Source: Escherichia phage StefiGeyer_Bas88. Taken from it: DNA of 64,000 nucleotides. The translations under genes were made by a program, and so were the position numbers. The stretch lies in sequence record PQ850628.1. One strand, written 5' to 3'. Each line of letters opens with the position of its first letter. The first letter of the stretch is position 1. Shown piece by piece: positions 8,747 through 19,356 of this stretch. The notes under the pieces were generated by a model that was not told the DNA's origin, searched no databases, and saw only the letters and a program-made list of their open reading frames with translations.

Positions 8747-11395
8747 ATGATCGTTTATAACAACCAAGAACCTACTACAGTAAATAATGTAGGCCAATTT
8801 GGTGCAACAGAAGGCTCTATCGGAGCCTATAAACAAGCAGCTGAGTATGCTGCTGATTCTAAATATTGGGCACTTTTAGCTGAGTCTAAGTTTGGTACAG
8901 TTGATGATCTTATTGCTGAAGTAGAGAAACTTTATAAGCAGGGTATTCTGTTACAGCAAGATATTGAAGATCTGAAACAGGACTTTAAAGATCAAGATGC
9001 TCGACTGATGCAATTGATTGCACAGACTAACGCAGCTGTTGCTAATGCTAACAACTCTATTGCTTTGATTAACCAAAAACTGATTGAAGTCGATCAGCAA
9101 CTTGATATCCTGTTGGCTATGAAAGTTACAGTGACCACTCTTCCTCCGGGTTCTGAAGCTACTGGTTCTTTCAATAACCAAACTGGTGAAATCAAGCTAG
9201 GTATTCCTGAAGGTGATCCGGGTCGTGATGGTTCTGTAACTGATCTAACTACAGCACCTTCAGGTACTCCTGTTCTTGGTGACATTGGGTTCTATGTAGA
9301 CTCGGAGGATAATAAAGTCTACAAAACAACCCTAAATAACATTGCTAATTTGATCCCTTCTGTTCGTTCTATCAAAGTTAACGATGGTCCAGAACAAACT
9401 GGAGATGTAGCTCTCACTCTTGATAAGAATACAGTTGGACTAGGTAATGTTTTGAACGTTGCTCAATATAGTCGTCAAGAGATTAATGACAAATTCGATA
9501 AACCTATTAAAATATATCAAACTAAAGCTGATGCTGATGCAAATGCTCAATATCGTCAGACAGGCGAATCTGTTATGGTTTGGGAAGATACTCAATATGT
9601 TTTCTATACTGTCGCAGCTAACAAAACACTAATTCCAGCTAAAACCGAAGGTCGTATTGTTACAGTTAACTCTCGATCTCCTGACTCGTCTGGTAACATT
9701 GATATTACTATCCCTACAGGGAACCCTTCTCTGTATCTTGGTGAGATGGTTATGTTCCCATACGATCCAGCTAAGAGTGTTTCTTATCCGGGTGTACTAC
9801 CTGCTGATGGTCGCTTGGTTTCTAAGGAAAGTGCTTTAGATTTAGGTCCATCTTTGGTCAGTGGTCAATTGCCCGTAGTTTCTGAAACAGAGTGGCAAGC
9901 TGGTGCAAAACAGTATTTCTCTTGGGGTAAATTAGCAGATGGTATAACTGATGCAGATTCCACTAATTTTATTAATATTCGCCTACCAGATTGGACAGGT
10001 GGGGAAGCTATACGTTCTCCAGATTCTGTAAAAGACAGTACATATAAAGGTAGTGTTCAGAGTCAGATCCCTTATGTAGTCACTGTTAATAATCAAGCTC
10101 CTGACGAAATCACAGGTAACGTCAACATCTCCAGATCTATACTTGGGGCTGCTTCTTCTGGTGCAAATTCTGATATAACATCTCTCGAAGGGCTTACAAC
10201 AGCACTCTCTGTTACTCAGGGTGGGACAGGAGCAAAAAATACCAATGATGCTAAAACCAATCTAGGTGTAGATAGAATGGTTCAAGGTTCTGGGGAGACT
10301 AAGATCTTATCTCCGAATAAAGAAACCTACATGTTTGTTGATAACAACGGATGGGGCTGTTACCGTACCACGGCTGGGTTGGTCGGTACTGTAGCTTTGT
10401 CAGTTGAAAGAGGGGGCACTGGAGCAACAGATATTGTTAGTGCAAGAGATAATCTAGGACTTAAATCTCTTTCTACATTAGATACTGTTCCAGTAACAAA
10501 AGGTGGGACAGGTGCTAGTGATGCTGCGGAGGCTCGGTCTAACTTAGGTTTAGGTTCTGTTGCCACTCTTAGTAACGTACCAATCGCTAGCGGTGGTACA
10601 GGTGCTGGTGATGCTGCTGGTGCAAGGTTTAATTTGGGGCTGGGAAGTGTTTCTACTCTTAGTAATGTACCTATTGCTAGCGGTGGGACAGGTGCTAGTG
10701 ATGCTGCTGGTGCCCGAATCAATATTGGAGCGCTGAGTAACGCCCCAGCAAACACAGGTACAGGTGGTACAGGTGCGCGAGTCCAACATGCCACCGGAAG
10801 TGGCCTGTTTACTTTAGACATGTTTAACTGCTACTGGTATATGCAGCCAGAGGATACTAACTTCTGGGTTGCCCACGGTGTGTCATATGCAGGAGCTAAT
10901 GGCGAAGCCTCAGATTATGGTCGTATATCTTACGCAATAAAGATTGCAGATGGAACAACAAAATATGTCCATTGTCTTACAAACAAAAACACCACTATTG
11001 ATACAGGTGGATTTATCAAAGCGGCATCTCCGGTAGTTAACATTTATACCAACGGTCAATATGAAACGAATGATGAATCTGAGGGGGTTAGTGTTATCCG
11101 GCAGGGTATTGGTGAATATCTGATTACCGGTTGCCTCGGTCTTAACTCTGATGCAAGATGGGGTGGGGTGGATGGGGGGTTTGAAATCCCAACAGATCGC
11201 AATAAGCAGCCTAGGATTTGGCTGGACTATGAGGTTAAAGAAGATGGTTCTATTTTAGTTAAAACCTATCACAGAACTCACCCAACCTCTCCAGTTTTTG
11301 CTAGAAATGAGATAGAAGGTTTTGCTGATGGAGACCCTATTGATATTCCAAGTGATGCTTTTATCTCAGTTCGTGTAGAGATGCCATCTAAGTAA
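8747..11395 (+). CDS. tail fibre protein
   Basis: 882 aa; N-terminal coiled coil; repeated GGTGA..DA..AR.NLGLGS..TLS.VP motifs resembling phage tail-fibre repeats. Confidence 0.65.
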   Translation: MIVYNNQEPTTVNNVGQFGATEGSIGAYKQAAEYAADSKYWALLAESKFGTVDDLIAEVEKLYKQGILLQQDIEDLKQDFKDQDARLMQLIAQTNAAVANANNSIALINQKLIEVDQQLDILLAMKVTVTTLPPGSEATGSFNNQTGEIKLGIPEGDPGRDGSVTDLTTAPSGTPVLGDIGFYVDSEDNKVYKTTLNNIANLIPSVRSIKVNDGPEQTGDVALTLDKNTVGLGNVLNVAQYSRQEINDKFDKPIKIYQTKADADANAQYRQTGESVMVWEDTQYVFYTVAANKTLIPAKTEGRIVTVNSRSPDSSGNIDITIPTGNPSLYLGEMVMFPYDPAKSVSYPGVLPADGRLVSKESALDLGPSLVSGQLPVVSETEWQAGAKQYFSWGKLADGITDADSTNFINIRLPDWTGGEAIRSPDSVKDSTYKGSVQSQIPYVVTVNNQAPDEITGNVNISRSILGAASSGANSDITSLEGLTTALSVTQGGTGAKNTNDAKTNLGVDRMVQGSGETKILSPNKETYMFVDNNGWGCYRTTAGLVGTVALSVERGGTGATDIVSARDNLGLKSLSTLDTVPVTKGGTGASDAAEARSNLGLGSVATLSNVPIASGGTGAGDAAGARFNLGLGSVSTLSNVPIASGGTGASDAAGARINIGALSNAPANTGTGGTGARVQHATGSGLFTLDMFNCYWYMQPEDTNFWVAHGVSYAGANGEASDYGRISYAIKIADGTTKYVHCLTNKNTTIDTGGFIKAASPVVNIYTNGQYETNDESEGVSVIRQGIGEYLITGCLGLNSDARWGGVDGGFEIPTDRNKQPRIWLDYEVKEDGSILVKTYHRTHPTSPVFARNEIEGFADGDPIDIPSDAFISVRVEMPSK
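10200..10740 (+). repeat. tandem tail-fibre repeat units (about 90 bp / 30 aa each)
   Basis: Near-identical nucleotide units ggtgggacaggtgctagtgatgctgc... repeated; protein units (I/V)ASGGTGA(S/G)DAAGAR.N.GLGSV.TLSNVP. Confidence 0.5.
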
Positions 11396-11405
11396 AATTA
11401 AGAAT

Positions 11406-11425
11406 GCCCTCTTAGGAGGGCTTTA
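11406..11425 (+). terminator. intrinsic terminator-like hairpin
   Basis: GCCCTC-TTAG-GAGGGC perfect 6-bp stem followed by TTTATGG; also overlaps the RBS region of the next gene. Confidence 0.5.
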
Positions 11426-11438
11426 TGGAGGATTATAA

Positions 11439-13631
11439 ATGTCTAGAGAATTAATGCCCAAATCTGGGATAATGATGCCTCACGTGGTAGTTACTAGAGA
11501 TGCCGCAGTTGTGGGTGTTTCTACAGTTGATGGTAAAGCGGGAGCTATTGATTTAACAGAGAAGTATTTACAGAAGACGGATGCTGAGAGTACTTATTTA
11601 ACTAAAACTGATGGAGCTACTAAGGTTTATGTTGCAGATTCTATTGCCCCTATAATGGAGGGTGCTCTGTTTAAAGCTGACCCTTTTGTAGCTAATGATG
11701 TGCCCTTTCGTGCTGCTGGGGCTAACGGTGTAGAGTCTGTTGATATGATTAAAGTAACACCAGAGAATACTATCAAGATTGGCAGTTATGCTTCTTCTGT
11801 TCAAGGTGTAGAAGTCCACACTGCTGGTCGTCTTCAAGTTGTAGATTTGAATGATGGTGGTGTAGAAACTAAATATCCTATCTACTCTAAACGATATCGT
11901 CCTGAGATTGATGAACTTCCCTTTGCAGCGATTGGTTCTTATGTCAAGGACTCTAAGGGTCGCACCATTGGTGTAAATCGTACTGGTATTAACTCTGATA
12001 TAACTCAAATGACTCAGAAAGTAACCTTTACACAACCGGTAACTGTTGCAGATGCTGTTGGTGACTATGATGCAGTAACTTTAAGACAGCTTCGTAATAG
12101 TGGTGGTGGTTCTGGTGGTCCTACCATGAGTGGTATCTCCAACTTTGGCATTGGTGATTTTCATCTTCGTGATAGCCGAGCTTTCATTCCAGCTTTTGAA
12201 GTTTTTTCTGATGGCCAACTGTTGAGTCGTGCGGAATATCCAGATCTTTGGGCATACGCTCAACTTCTTTCTCCAATTGAAGACTCTCTGTGGCTATCTG
12301 ATAAATTTAAGCGTGGTAGATATAGTACTGGAGATGGTTCTACCACATTCAGGGTTCCTGATAGAAATGGTGTTCAAGAAGGTTCCATTCGTGCTTTGTA
12401 TGCTCGTGGTGATGGTGGTGCTTCTTCTGCTAACGGGGATGTTTTTGAATCAGCAGCACCGAACATCAGCGGTTACGTGACTTCCTATTCTGGAGGTTCT
12501 TATGCTCAGGTATTCGGGGCTAATTATGGATCATTGTACGCAGATAACAGTACTTATCCAGCGGCTGCGGGTGATGCGATTCCCGACACAGGTGCTGTTT
12601 CCCTTGAGGGAAGATATAACACTTTACACATCGACGCATCTCGTTCCAATGCTATATATGGTGCATCAGCTGATGAAATCATGGGTCGTAACTTTGTTGG
12701 TGTTTGGACTATCCGTGCTCATGGTGGATTCACTGCTGCTAATACTTCTTGGTCTGTTATTAACAGTGATGCCTCAGAACCTCCTAGTGGTACACCGATT
12801 ACTGGTGGTTTGGTTTCTTCTAAATACCTAGTGGGTGGTGTAGATAAGTACCGTTCTTCCCTTCAACTACAAGGTGCTAACGAAGTCGATCTATCTACAA
12901 GACTTACAACAATAAACGATAGGTATGCAATTGGGGCAGCTACTTGGGATTTTAAACTGGATGGTAAACTACTTTTTAATAAATCACTTACCCCCAATGG
13001 GATAGGCTATTCTCCAGGGAATACATACCTAACCCTAGCTAATACATGGATGACCTCTCCTTACAGTGGATATGTTGGTTTCGTTGGTGGTGGTGTTGGG
13101 GTTTCTGCTGGCGGTTGGAGAAACTTTATTTCTTTAGGGTCTTTGATTTTCCCTGATACAAGTCATCCTACTGCTGTTATTTCTCAGGTTTATGATTATG
13201 ACCTTTCTACAGGAAACCAACCTAATGGAGATATTGTCAGAAATACCTATTTCATTGCTGAGAGCTATGATATCACTTTTGGAAACAACAGTGGGACTAC
13301 CAATTACATCTTCAGTAAGTCTCCAGTCTCTGACGAACGGCTAAAACATAGCATTAAGGAAGAAGGGACAGCCACAGCTCTTTCTAACTTAAATAAGATG
13401 GAGTATAAAACCTTTATCTATAATTATGATGAGAAAGCAACTACAAGGCGTGGATTTATTGCCCAGCAACTTGAAGCTATTGACCCTCAATATGTTAGGA
13501 AGTATAAAACCTTCAAAGGTACTGATACCCTAGCTTTAGATGAGAATGTGTTGCTTTTAGATGCAATTGCTGCTATTCAAGAGCTTACCAAAAAGGTTGA
13601 GGCTTTAGAAGCAAAATTGGCAGAGAAGTAA
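11439..13631 (+). CDS. tail fibre/spike protein with C-terminal self-cleaving intramolecular chaperone domain
   Basis: 730 aa; Gly-rich segment; C-terminal SDERLKHSIKEE...GFIAQQLEAIDPQYV...LDAIAAIQELTKKVEALEAKL matches the S-D-x-R-x-K autoproteolysis motif and helical chaperone domain of endosialidase/T5 pb1-type fibres. Confidence 0.65.
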   Translation: MSRELMPKSGIMMPHVVVTRDAAVVGVSTVDGKAGAIDLTEKYLQKTDAESTYLTKTDGATKVYVADSIAPIMEGALFKADPFVANDVPFRAAGANGVESVDMIKVTPENTIKIGSYASSVQGVEVHTAGRLQVVDLNDGGVETKYPIYSKRYRPEIDELPFAAIGSYVKDSKGRTIGVNRTGINSDITQMTQKVTFTQPVTVADAVGDYDAVTLRQLRNSGGGSGGPTMSGISNFGIGDFHLRDSRAFIPAFEVFSDGQLLSRAEYPDLWAYAQLLSPIEDSLWLSDKFKRGRYSTGDGSTTFRVPDRNGVQEGSIRALYARGDGGASSANGDVFESAAPNISGYVTSYSGGSYAQVFGANYGSLYADNSTYPAAAGDAIPDTGAVSLEGRYNTLHIDASRSNAIYGASADEIMGRNFVGVWTIRAHGGFTAANTSWSVINSDASEPPSGTPITGGLVSSKYLVGGVDKYRSSLQLQGANEVDLSTRLTTINDRYAIGAATWDFKLDGKLLFNKSLTPNGIGYSPGNTYLTLANTWMTSPYSGYVGFVGGGVGVSAGGWRNFISLGSLIFPDTSHPTAVISQVYDYDLSTGNQPNGDIVRNTYFIAESYDITFGNNSGTTNYIFSKSPVSDERLKHSIKEEGTATALSNLNKMEYKTFIYNYDEKATTRRGFIAQQLEAIDPQYVRKYKTFKGTDTLALDENVLLLDAIAAIQELTKKVEALEAKLAEK

Positions 13632-13634
13632 TAT

Positions 13635-13655
13635 AAGCCCCTTCGGGGGCTTTAG
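13635..13655 (+). terminator. terminator-like hairpin
   Basis: AAGCCCC-TTCG-GGGGCTT perfect stem with UUCG tetraloop right after the stop codon; weak U-tract. Confidence 0.45.
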
Positions 13656-13723
13656 TAGTAAGTCTGTTCAAGAAGTAATGAAACTACTATATCACAAAAG
13701 GAATACACATAGGAGATACGAAG

Positions 13724-13942
13724 ATGAAAATGATGAAACAAATCAGTTATGGGTTAGCTTGTGTTGCTACCGGTTTTGCTGTGTCAGTGGCTGTTCCTGT
13801 TAACGCTGTGCATCCTCTGGTAACACAACCTGCACCAGTTGAGAAATTGAGTGCATCATGCAAGCAGCGTACAATTCAAAATAATCTTGTGGTTATTTGT
13901 CCGGACTCTGATTCTAGTGCTCTGAGAAATATGCTTCAGTAA
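13724..13942 (+). CDS. small secreted/membrane protein (possible lysis accessory)
   Basis: 72 aa with N-terminal hydrophobic signal-like segment MKMMKQISYGLACVATGFAVSVAVPVNA; RBS AGGAG; immediately upstream of lysozyme gene. Confidence 0.35.
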   Translation: MKMMKQISYGLACVATGFAVSVAVPVNAVHPLVTQPAPVEKLSASCKQRTIQNNLVVICPDSDSSALRNMLQ

Positions 13943-13972
13943 TTTAGGGCTGACTAGAAAGGGAGGTGAAAA

Positions 13973-14464
13973 ATGGATAATGTCGCATTGCCACCGATAC
14001 AACTGAGCTTAAGCCCAGAAGGGATGGAATTCATCATGAAGCATGAAGGTATGAGAACTCGTGCTTACCAAGATTCCGCAGGTATCTGGACGATATGTGT
14101 TGGGGCTACGCGCGATATGAATGGGTATCCAGTTAGACAGGGATTAACGTATTCTATAGAGGATTGTCTAGCTCTGCTAGATAGAGACACACAAGACTCT
14201 GTTCGTGCTACTCAGAAAAATATAAGGGTTCCTTTGTTTACTAATGAGTTTGATGCTTTAACCTCTTTCAACTTTAATGTTGGCGGTACAGCTCTCGCTA
14301 CTTCTAAACTAAGGAAAGTGATCAACGGAGATGTTAGAGGTGATGTTTACTCTGAGTTTTTGCGTTGGGATAAAATAACAGTCAGAGGTGTAAAACAACA
14401 GAGTCCGGGACTTCACAACCGAAGGGTTGCAGAAGCAGACCTATACACCACAGGTAAATACTAA
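13973..14464 (+). CDS. endolysin, T4-type lysozyme (GH24-like)
   Basis: Catalytic triad spacing E-x8-D-x5-T in HEGMRTRAYQDSAGIWTICVGAT matches T4 lysozyme E11/D20/T26; RBS GGGAGGTG. Confidence 0.75.
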   Translation: MDNVALPPIQLSLSPEGMEFIMKHEGMRTRAYQDSAGIWTICVGATRDMNGYPVRQGLTYSIEDCLALLDRDTQDSVRATQKNIRVPLFTNEFDALTSFNFNVGGTALATSKLRKVINGDVRGDVYSEFLRWDKITVRGVKQQSPGLHNRRVAEADLYTTGKY

Positions 14465-14476
14465 TGGAGGTGCCTT

Positions 14477-15280
14477 TTGGCTATTGAAACTACAGCGGTA
14501 GTCACTACCGATTTAAACCCCCTGTACCCTCGTGACAGGGATTATATTTATGAAGGGGCGGCTCAACTCCGCCTTATCAAACAAGTCTTGATTAACACAT
14601 TCCCTAACATCACTGAACCAGTGAACCTTTCTTCTGAATCCTTTAAGGCTTTGTCAGAGAAAATCACCTTTACTGGCGATGCTATGGATGTTGGTAATCT
14701 GATGATTAAAAACCTGACTCCGGGCACTGGTGATAAAGATGCTGTAACCAAAGGTCAGATGGAAGCTTTCATGTTGAATTGGATGCAGAACAAACTGTAT
14801 CGTATTGGTGCTTACTACATCACTGAAGAAGATATCAACCCCGGTGATTCTAGTTCTCTCGGTTTTGGCTCTTGGGCTAAAGTTACTGGTGTTGTTATGG
14901 GTACTGGTGTTGTCAACCCCGATGGGTCTGTTCCTAACGCCCAACGTGTTGAGTTCCAAGCAGGCGGTACAGGTGGTCGTGTGTTTAATACAGTTCGTAC
15001 TGAGAATATGCCTCTAACTACAATCAATGGTTCTAGTTTCCAAGTTAGCTCCTACTCTCACGCACACAACATTACGATGGGCCGAGGGGATGCTAGTGGT
15101 CATAACAGCAGCCCTAACTGGTATAGTCCGGGTGGTGGTTATACTCAAGTAACTGACACAAACACTCACTCACACTCAATCTCAGGTTCTGTTAGTTTTG
15201 GTTATGATGATATTTCTCGTCAACCTATCAACACATTACCGCCATTCCGAGCAGCACATATTTGGAGACGTATTAGCTAA
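14477..15280 (+). CDS. hypothetical virion protein
   Basis: 267-aa ORF; apparent TTG start 6 nt after GGAGGTG; no in-frame ATG near the 5' end. Confidence 0.45.
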   Translation: MAIETTAVVTTDLNPLYPRDRDYIYEGAAQLRLIKQVLINTFPNITEPVNLSSESFKALSEKITFTGDAMDVGNLMIKNLTPGTGDKDAVTKGQMEAFMLNWMQNKLYRIGAYYITEEDINPGDSSSLGFGSWAKVTGVVMGTGVVNPDGSVPNAQRVEFQAGGTGGRVFNTVRTENMPLTTINGSSFQVSSYSHAHNITMGRGDASGHNSSPNWYSPGGGYTQVTDTNTHSHSISGSVSFGYDDISRQPINTLPPFRAAHIWRRIS

Positions 15281-15289
15281 GGAGGTAGC

Positions 15290-18200
15290 ATGGCTCTCTA
15301 TCCAATTAAATCACTAGGCGCAGTTGGGGTTATCGCTGACCAAGCACCTACTGACTTAGCACCAAATGCTTTTACTAACGCTATTAATGCTCGGTTTGTT
15401 GAGCAGAGAGTCTTTAAGACGGGGGGCAATGCCCCTCTTTCTTATGTAGACGAAGATAAAGATCTGACTCCTCTCTCATTCCTTTCAATGCCTTTCGACT
15501 ATTATAGCGCAGGTAATAGCTTTCTTGTGGTAGGTACAGATAAGAAACTGTATAAACTTACCGACGAGAGTTTAACTGATATCAGCCGTAAGGTTGCTAC
15601 AGCGACAAAGAAAGCATCAGCGACAATTAAGATTTATCCAGTAGTCTCAAATATTGTTCCTAAAGAGACTTCTGTATCTATGAATTTTAACCAGACCAAG
15701 ATTCTCGAAGTTGAAGTCACCCCTACAGATGCTCAAAATGCTAATCTAGTTTGGGAAGTAAGCAACTCTTCTTATGGTAGTATTGAAGTTGACCCTACTG
15801 ACTCCAAGAAGGCTACCCTAACTTCTAAGTCTGTTGAAGGTAATTTAGTTGTGACAGTGAGCACATCTGATGAATCTATCTCAGCTCAGATTGCAGTTAA
15901 TATCATTGATGGTGATTCAGGTATCTATTTGAGCCAAGACACTTTGACTATGCGTAAAGGTGGTACATCAACCCTTACAGCAATTACAGGCAAACCATCT
16001 GTAACTTGGTCTTCCTCTAACCCATCCTTAGTTTCTGTTTCTCCTAATGCTAATACAAAGACAGTTGTTCTTACAGCTCTTGGAGAAGGACAGGTAACTA
16101 TAACTGCTGATAATGGAACAAAGACTGCATCTTGTACAGTAACAGCAATACCTCAAATTGATAGCATCACATTAAGTCAGACAGACATTCAAATGAGTCG
16201 TGGTACTCAGTACATCTTAACTGCAACAGTTAGTCCAGCTAACGCACCCAACCAAACAATCACTTGGACTTCTTCTAATACCAACATTGCTACAGTAAGT
16301 GGTACAGGTACAGAAGCTACAATAACTGGATTGCTTGCGGGGTATACAGAGATTACAGCAGTTACAGCGGAAGGAGGTCGTTCAGCAGTTTGTACTGTAC
16401 GTGTTGATTTATCTTCTCGTCTGGCAAGTAGGGCTATGTCAGCAATGACTATCACTACAGAAGATCCTGTAGAAGAACCAGTGGTTGGCTCAGAAGAAGT
16501 TACTTATTTTGACGCTGATACAATTGGCATTGATACAACAGGGATGGCGGAAGGAAACAACTTCTACGACTACTCTAACGTCATGGACTTGGAAGGTTTT
16601 GGTAGAGCAGCAATGCTTGCTAATGATCCACCTTTGACTGGAGTTACTCTTGATGTTATTGATGCCTCTCTTGATGTAGGTGAAGAGATTGTTATCACAG
16701 CTACAGCATCTCCTACTGGAAGCTATACTTACAAGTGGACAGTTGATAAGAGTGGTTATGTTTCTACTACTTCTACAACTGACTCAACTTTGAAACTTAC
16801 TGCTATTCGTAAGGGTGAGGTTAAAGTGACTTGTACTGTAAGCCAGATGGTTCAGAAAGACTATGATGCGTTTGAAGATTATCCTTGGTATCATGCGATC
16901 ATCTCTAACTGTGCAGTAGCAACTACTCACTACGAAACTCCTCAGGTTAAGGAATTCGATTCTGAATACTTCACTGATCTTCCGGGATGGGGCGAGCAGA
17001 CGGTTGTTGATGCAGATGGTAATCCTTCTGTTAAGAAGTATAACTGGAAATGTGAACGAGTGAGAGCTTTTAACAATAGATTGTTTGCTCTGAATATGAG
17101 AGAGTCTAATGCCTCTGGTGTTACTACTCACTACCCTCTTCGTTTGCGTTGGTCTAACTTTGCAGAGGAAAACAAAGCCCCTCAGCTTTGGGATGATTAT
17201 GCATATGACCGAGCAGTGAGTTCTGACCTAGCAGCTAACATCGTAGGACAGACAGAAGCTCTTGAGAACGGTTATGCAGGATATATTGATTTGGCTGACT
17301 CTAATGGTAGTTTGTTAGATGTTCTTCCTCTGAAAGATTATCTGTTCGTTTACACTGAGTTTGAAACTTATATCGGCTCTCCTACCAACAACACCTATCA
17401 GCCTTTGATGTTTAAAAAGCTGTTTAACGATTCAGGGATACTTGCTCCTGAGTGTGTGGTGGAAGTTGAAGGTGGTCACTTTGTGGTAACTCAGAACGAC
17501 GTCATTCTACACAATGGTGCTTCTAAGAAATCTATTGCTTCTAACCGAGTGAAGAATATGATCATTAATGAGATTTGTCTGGTGAACCCAATTGCTACAC
17601 GAGTTCATCTTCATCAGGATAAGAAAGAAGTATGGGTTCTTTATGTAGGTCCGGGTGAGCCTAAGGAAAGTTTTGCCTGTACTAAAGCAGCAGTATGGAA
17701 TTATGAGTTCGATACTTGGTCTTTCCGTACGATTCCTTACTCTTACTGTATTGGTCTGGTTGATCCTCCGGTTCTGGAACGTGGTCCTATCTGGGCTGAT
17801 TTCCAAGAGATCACTTGGGATGACCCTTCGATTGACAAACTAGTGTGGAGAAAAGATGCAACTAACTTCCGTCAGCGAGTTACAATCATAGGTTCTTTCT
17901 TGAAAGGATTTTACCAAGTTGATATAGGAGCTTTGGATTATATCTATGACAGAACAAATGATGTGGTTATAGAGAAGCCTCTGGAAATGAGACTAGAGAG
18001 AACGGGGATTGATTTTGATAACGTCACTAATGAATGGAATCAGAAACACATTAACCGATTTAGACCTCAAGTAACAGGAACAGGGACTTATACTTTTGAA
18101 GCAGGTGGTAGTCAATTCTCTAATGAGTATGGACACAACCACTCTACTAAAGAGTTTAGGGTTGGTGTAGATCGTCACGTAGCAGTCAGACTGAACCATC

Positions 18201-18295
18201 CATACCTATTCTATAATGTTATAGATAATGATGTTAACAGTAATGCGTCTATGAATGGTTTAACCATAGAGTTTGCTGTTGGCGGTCGAAGATAA
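15290..18295 (+). CDS. large virion protein with tandem bacterial Ig-like domains (tail/adhesin candidate)
   Basis: 1001 aa; RBS AAGGAGG; three Ig-like segments (e.g. ITWTSSNTNIATVSGTGTEATITGLLAGYTEITAVTAEGGRSAVCTVRV). Confidence 0.6.
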   Translation: MALYPIKSLGAVGVIADQAPTDLAPNAFTNAINARFVEQRVFKTGGNAPLSYVDEDKDLTPLSFLSMPFDYYSAGNSFLVVGTDKKLYKLTDESLTDISRKVATATKKASATIKIYPVVSNIVPKETSVSMNFNQTKILEVEVTPTDAQNANLVWEVSNSSYGSIEVDPTDSKKATLTSKSVEGNLVVTVSTSDESISAQIAVNIIDGDSGIYLSQDTLTMRKGGTSTLTAITGKPSVTWSSSNPSLVSVSPNANTKTVVLTALGEGQVTITADNGTKTASCTVTAIPQIDSITLSQTDIQMSRGTQYILTATVSPANAPNQTITWTSSNTNIATVSGTGTEATITGLLAGYTEITAVTAEGGRSAVCTVRVDLSSRLASRAMSAMTITTEDPVEEPVVGSEEVTYFDADTIGIDTTGMAEGNNFYDYSNVMDLEGFGRAAMLANDPPLTGVTLDVIDASLDVGEEIVITATASPTGSYTYKWTVDKSGYVSTTSTTDSTLKLTAIRKGEVKVTCTVSQMVQKDYDAFEDYPWYHAIISNCAVATTHYETPQVKEFDSEYFTDLPGWGEQTVVDADGNPSVKKYNWKCERVRAFNNRLFALNMRESNASGVTTHYPLRLRWSNFAEENKAPQLWDDYAYDRAVSSDLAANIVGQTEALENGYAGYIDLADSNGSLLDVLPLKDYLFVYTEFETYIGSPTNNTYQPLMFKKLFNDSGILAPECVVEVEGGHFVVTQNDVILHNGASKKSIASNRVKNMIINEICLVNPIATRVHLHQDKKEVWVLYVGPGEPKESFACTKAAVWNYEFDTWSFRTIPYSYCIGLVDPPVLERGPIWADFQEITWDDPSIDKLVWRKDATNFRQRVTIIGSFLKGFYQVDIGALDYIYDRTNDVVIEKPLEMRLERTGIDFDNVTNEWNQKHINRFRPQVTGTGTYTFEAGGSQFSNEYGHNHSTKEFRVGVDRHVAVRLNHPYLFYNVIDNDVNSNASMNGLTIEFAVGGRR

Positions 18296-18301
18296 CAACT
18301 A

Positions 18302-18325
18302 GGGAGCTTCGGCTCCCTTTTATTG
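18302..18325 (+). terminator. intrinsic terminator
   Basis: GGGAGC-TTCG-GCTCCC perfect stem, UUCG tetraloop, followed by TTTTATTGTTTAT. Confidence 0.65.
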
Positions 18326-18344
18326 TTTATAATTGGAGGTACTT

Positions 18345-19355
18345 ATGGGTGCTGGAGGTTTTCGTAAGAATACTGGAAGAAACAACACCACACTTCCCTA
18401 CAACGTTGGGTTTCTAAACAATGTAGAGGATACGGATAAATACAACGTTGCAGTTTATGATGAATTGCAGAAAGTCAGTACAGCAACTAACCAGATGTTC
18501 CAAGCAATCGACGAGATTCATGAAGAGATAGATGTTCGTATTAAAGCTCTTAATGCAATGAACCTACAGTTTGATGAACTTGAGAACCGAATTACTACAG
18601 AGATTGAAACAGCTATTGCTGATATTCAAACACAGATGGGTAATCTTTCTACTGAAGACATTTGGGATAGAAGCACTAACCCTCCGACTAAACTAGATGG
18701 TACAGTTGCAGGTTTCAAAACTTCTATTGAAGGCAATGATTTAAAGATTCAGACAGTACAAGGTATTGTGAATGAACAAGGACAAGAGATTGCTTTAGTT
18801 CAGACAGAACTTACTGCTCAAGGTACTCAGATTGCCGAAGTGGATGGTAAGGTTACTACTGTACAGAACTCTCTTTCTCAATACATGAGACTAGATAGTT
18901 ACGAAGCTACATGGGGTGTCAACTCTTCTGTTAATGGTCAGTATGCTGGTGTTAAACTAACTAACAACGGTACGAACAGCCAATTCCAAGTAACGGCTAA
19001 TAAGTTTATTGTTGGTGATGGCAACTCTGGTAACACTCCTTTTGTTTTTGAAGGTGGTAGAGCTAGAATGGAATTCGCTGATATCAAGAATGTCAACATT
19101 ACAACTGCTCAGATTGCTAATGCTCGAATCCAATTTGCTCAGATTGATAACGTATGGATTCAAGATGGACAGATTGCTAACCTTACTGCTAACAAAATTA
19201 CTGCTGGTTCTATGAGCGGTTCTAACTGGAGACTTACAGTTGGTGGAGATTTTGTTATGGGCGGTACAGGTGGGGCACAGCTGTGGATGAATGGTAACAG
19301 GATTGATTTCTATGATGGTGGTGGTGCTTTGAGAATTAGAATAGGGAGTTGGTAA
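18345..19355 (+). CDS. hypothetical tail-associated protein
   Basis: ATG at 18345 preceded by GGAGG (track start 18333 is a TTG inside the RBS region); N-terminal coiled coil, Gly-rich C-terminus. Confidence 0.5.
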   Translation: MGAGGFRKNTGRNNTTLPYNVGFLNNVEDTDKYNVAVYDELQKVSTATNQMFQAIDEIHEEIDVRIKALNAMNLQFDELENRITTEIETAIADIQTQMGNLSTEDIWDRSTNPPTKLDGTVAGFKTSIEGNDLKIQTVQGIVNEQGQEIALVQTELTAQGTQIAEVDGKVTTVQNSLSQYMRLDSYEATWGVNSSVNGQYAGVKLTNNGTNSQFQVTANKFIVGDGNSGNTPFVFEGGRARMEFADIKNVNITTAQIANARIQFAQIDNVWIQDGQIANLTANKITAGSMSGSNWRLTVGGDFVMGGTGGAQLWMNGNRIDFYDGGGALRIRIGSW

Positions 19356-19356
19356 T

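Noticed and set aside
10360-10821. 153-aa antisense ORF across the tail-fibre repeat region
   Set aside because: Artefact of the repetitive GGTGCTGGTGATGCTGC sequence; antisense to the tail-fibre gene.
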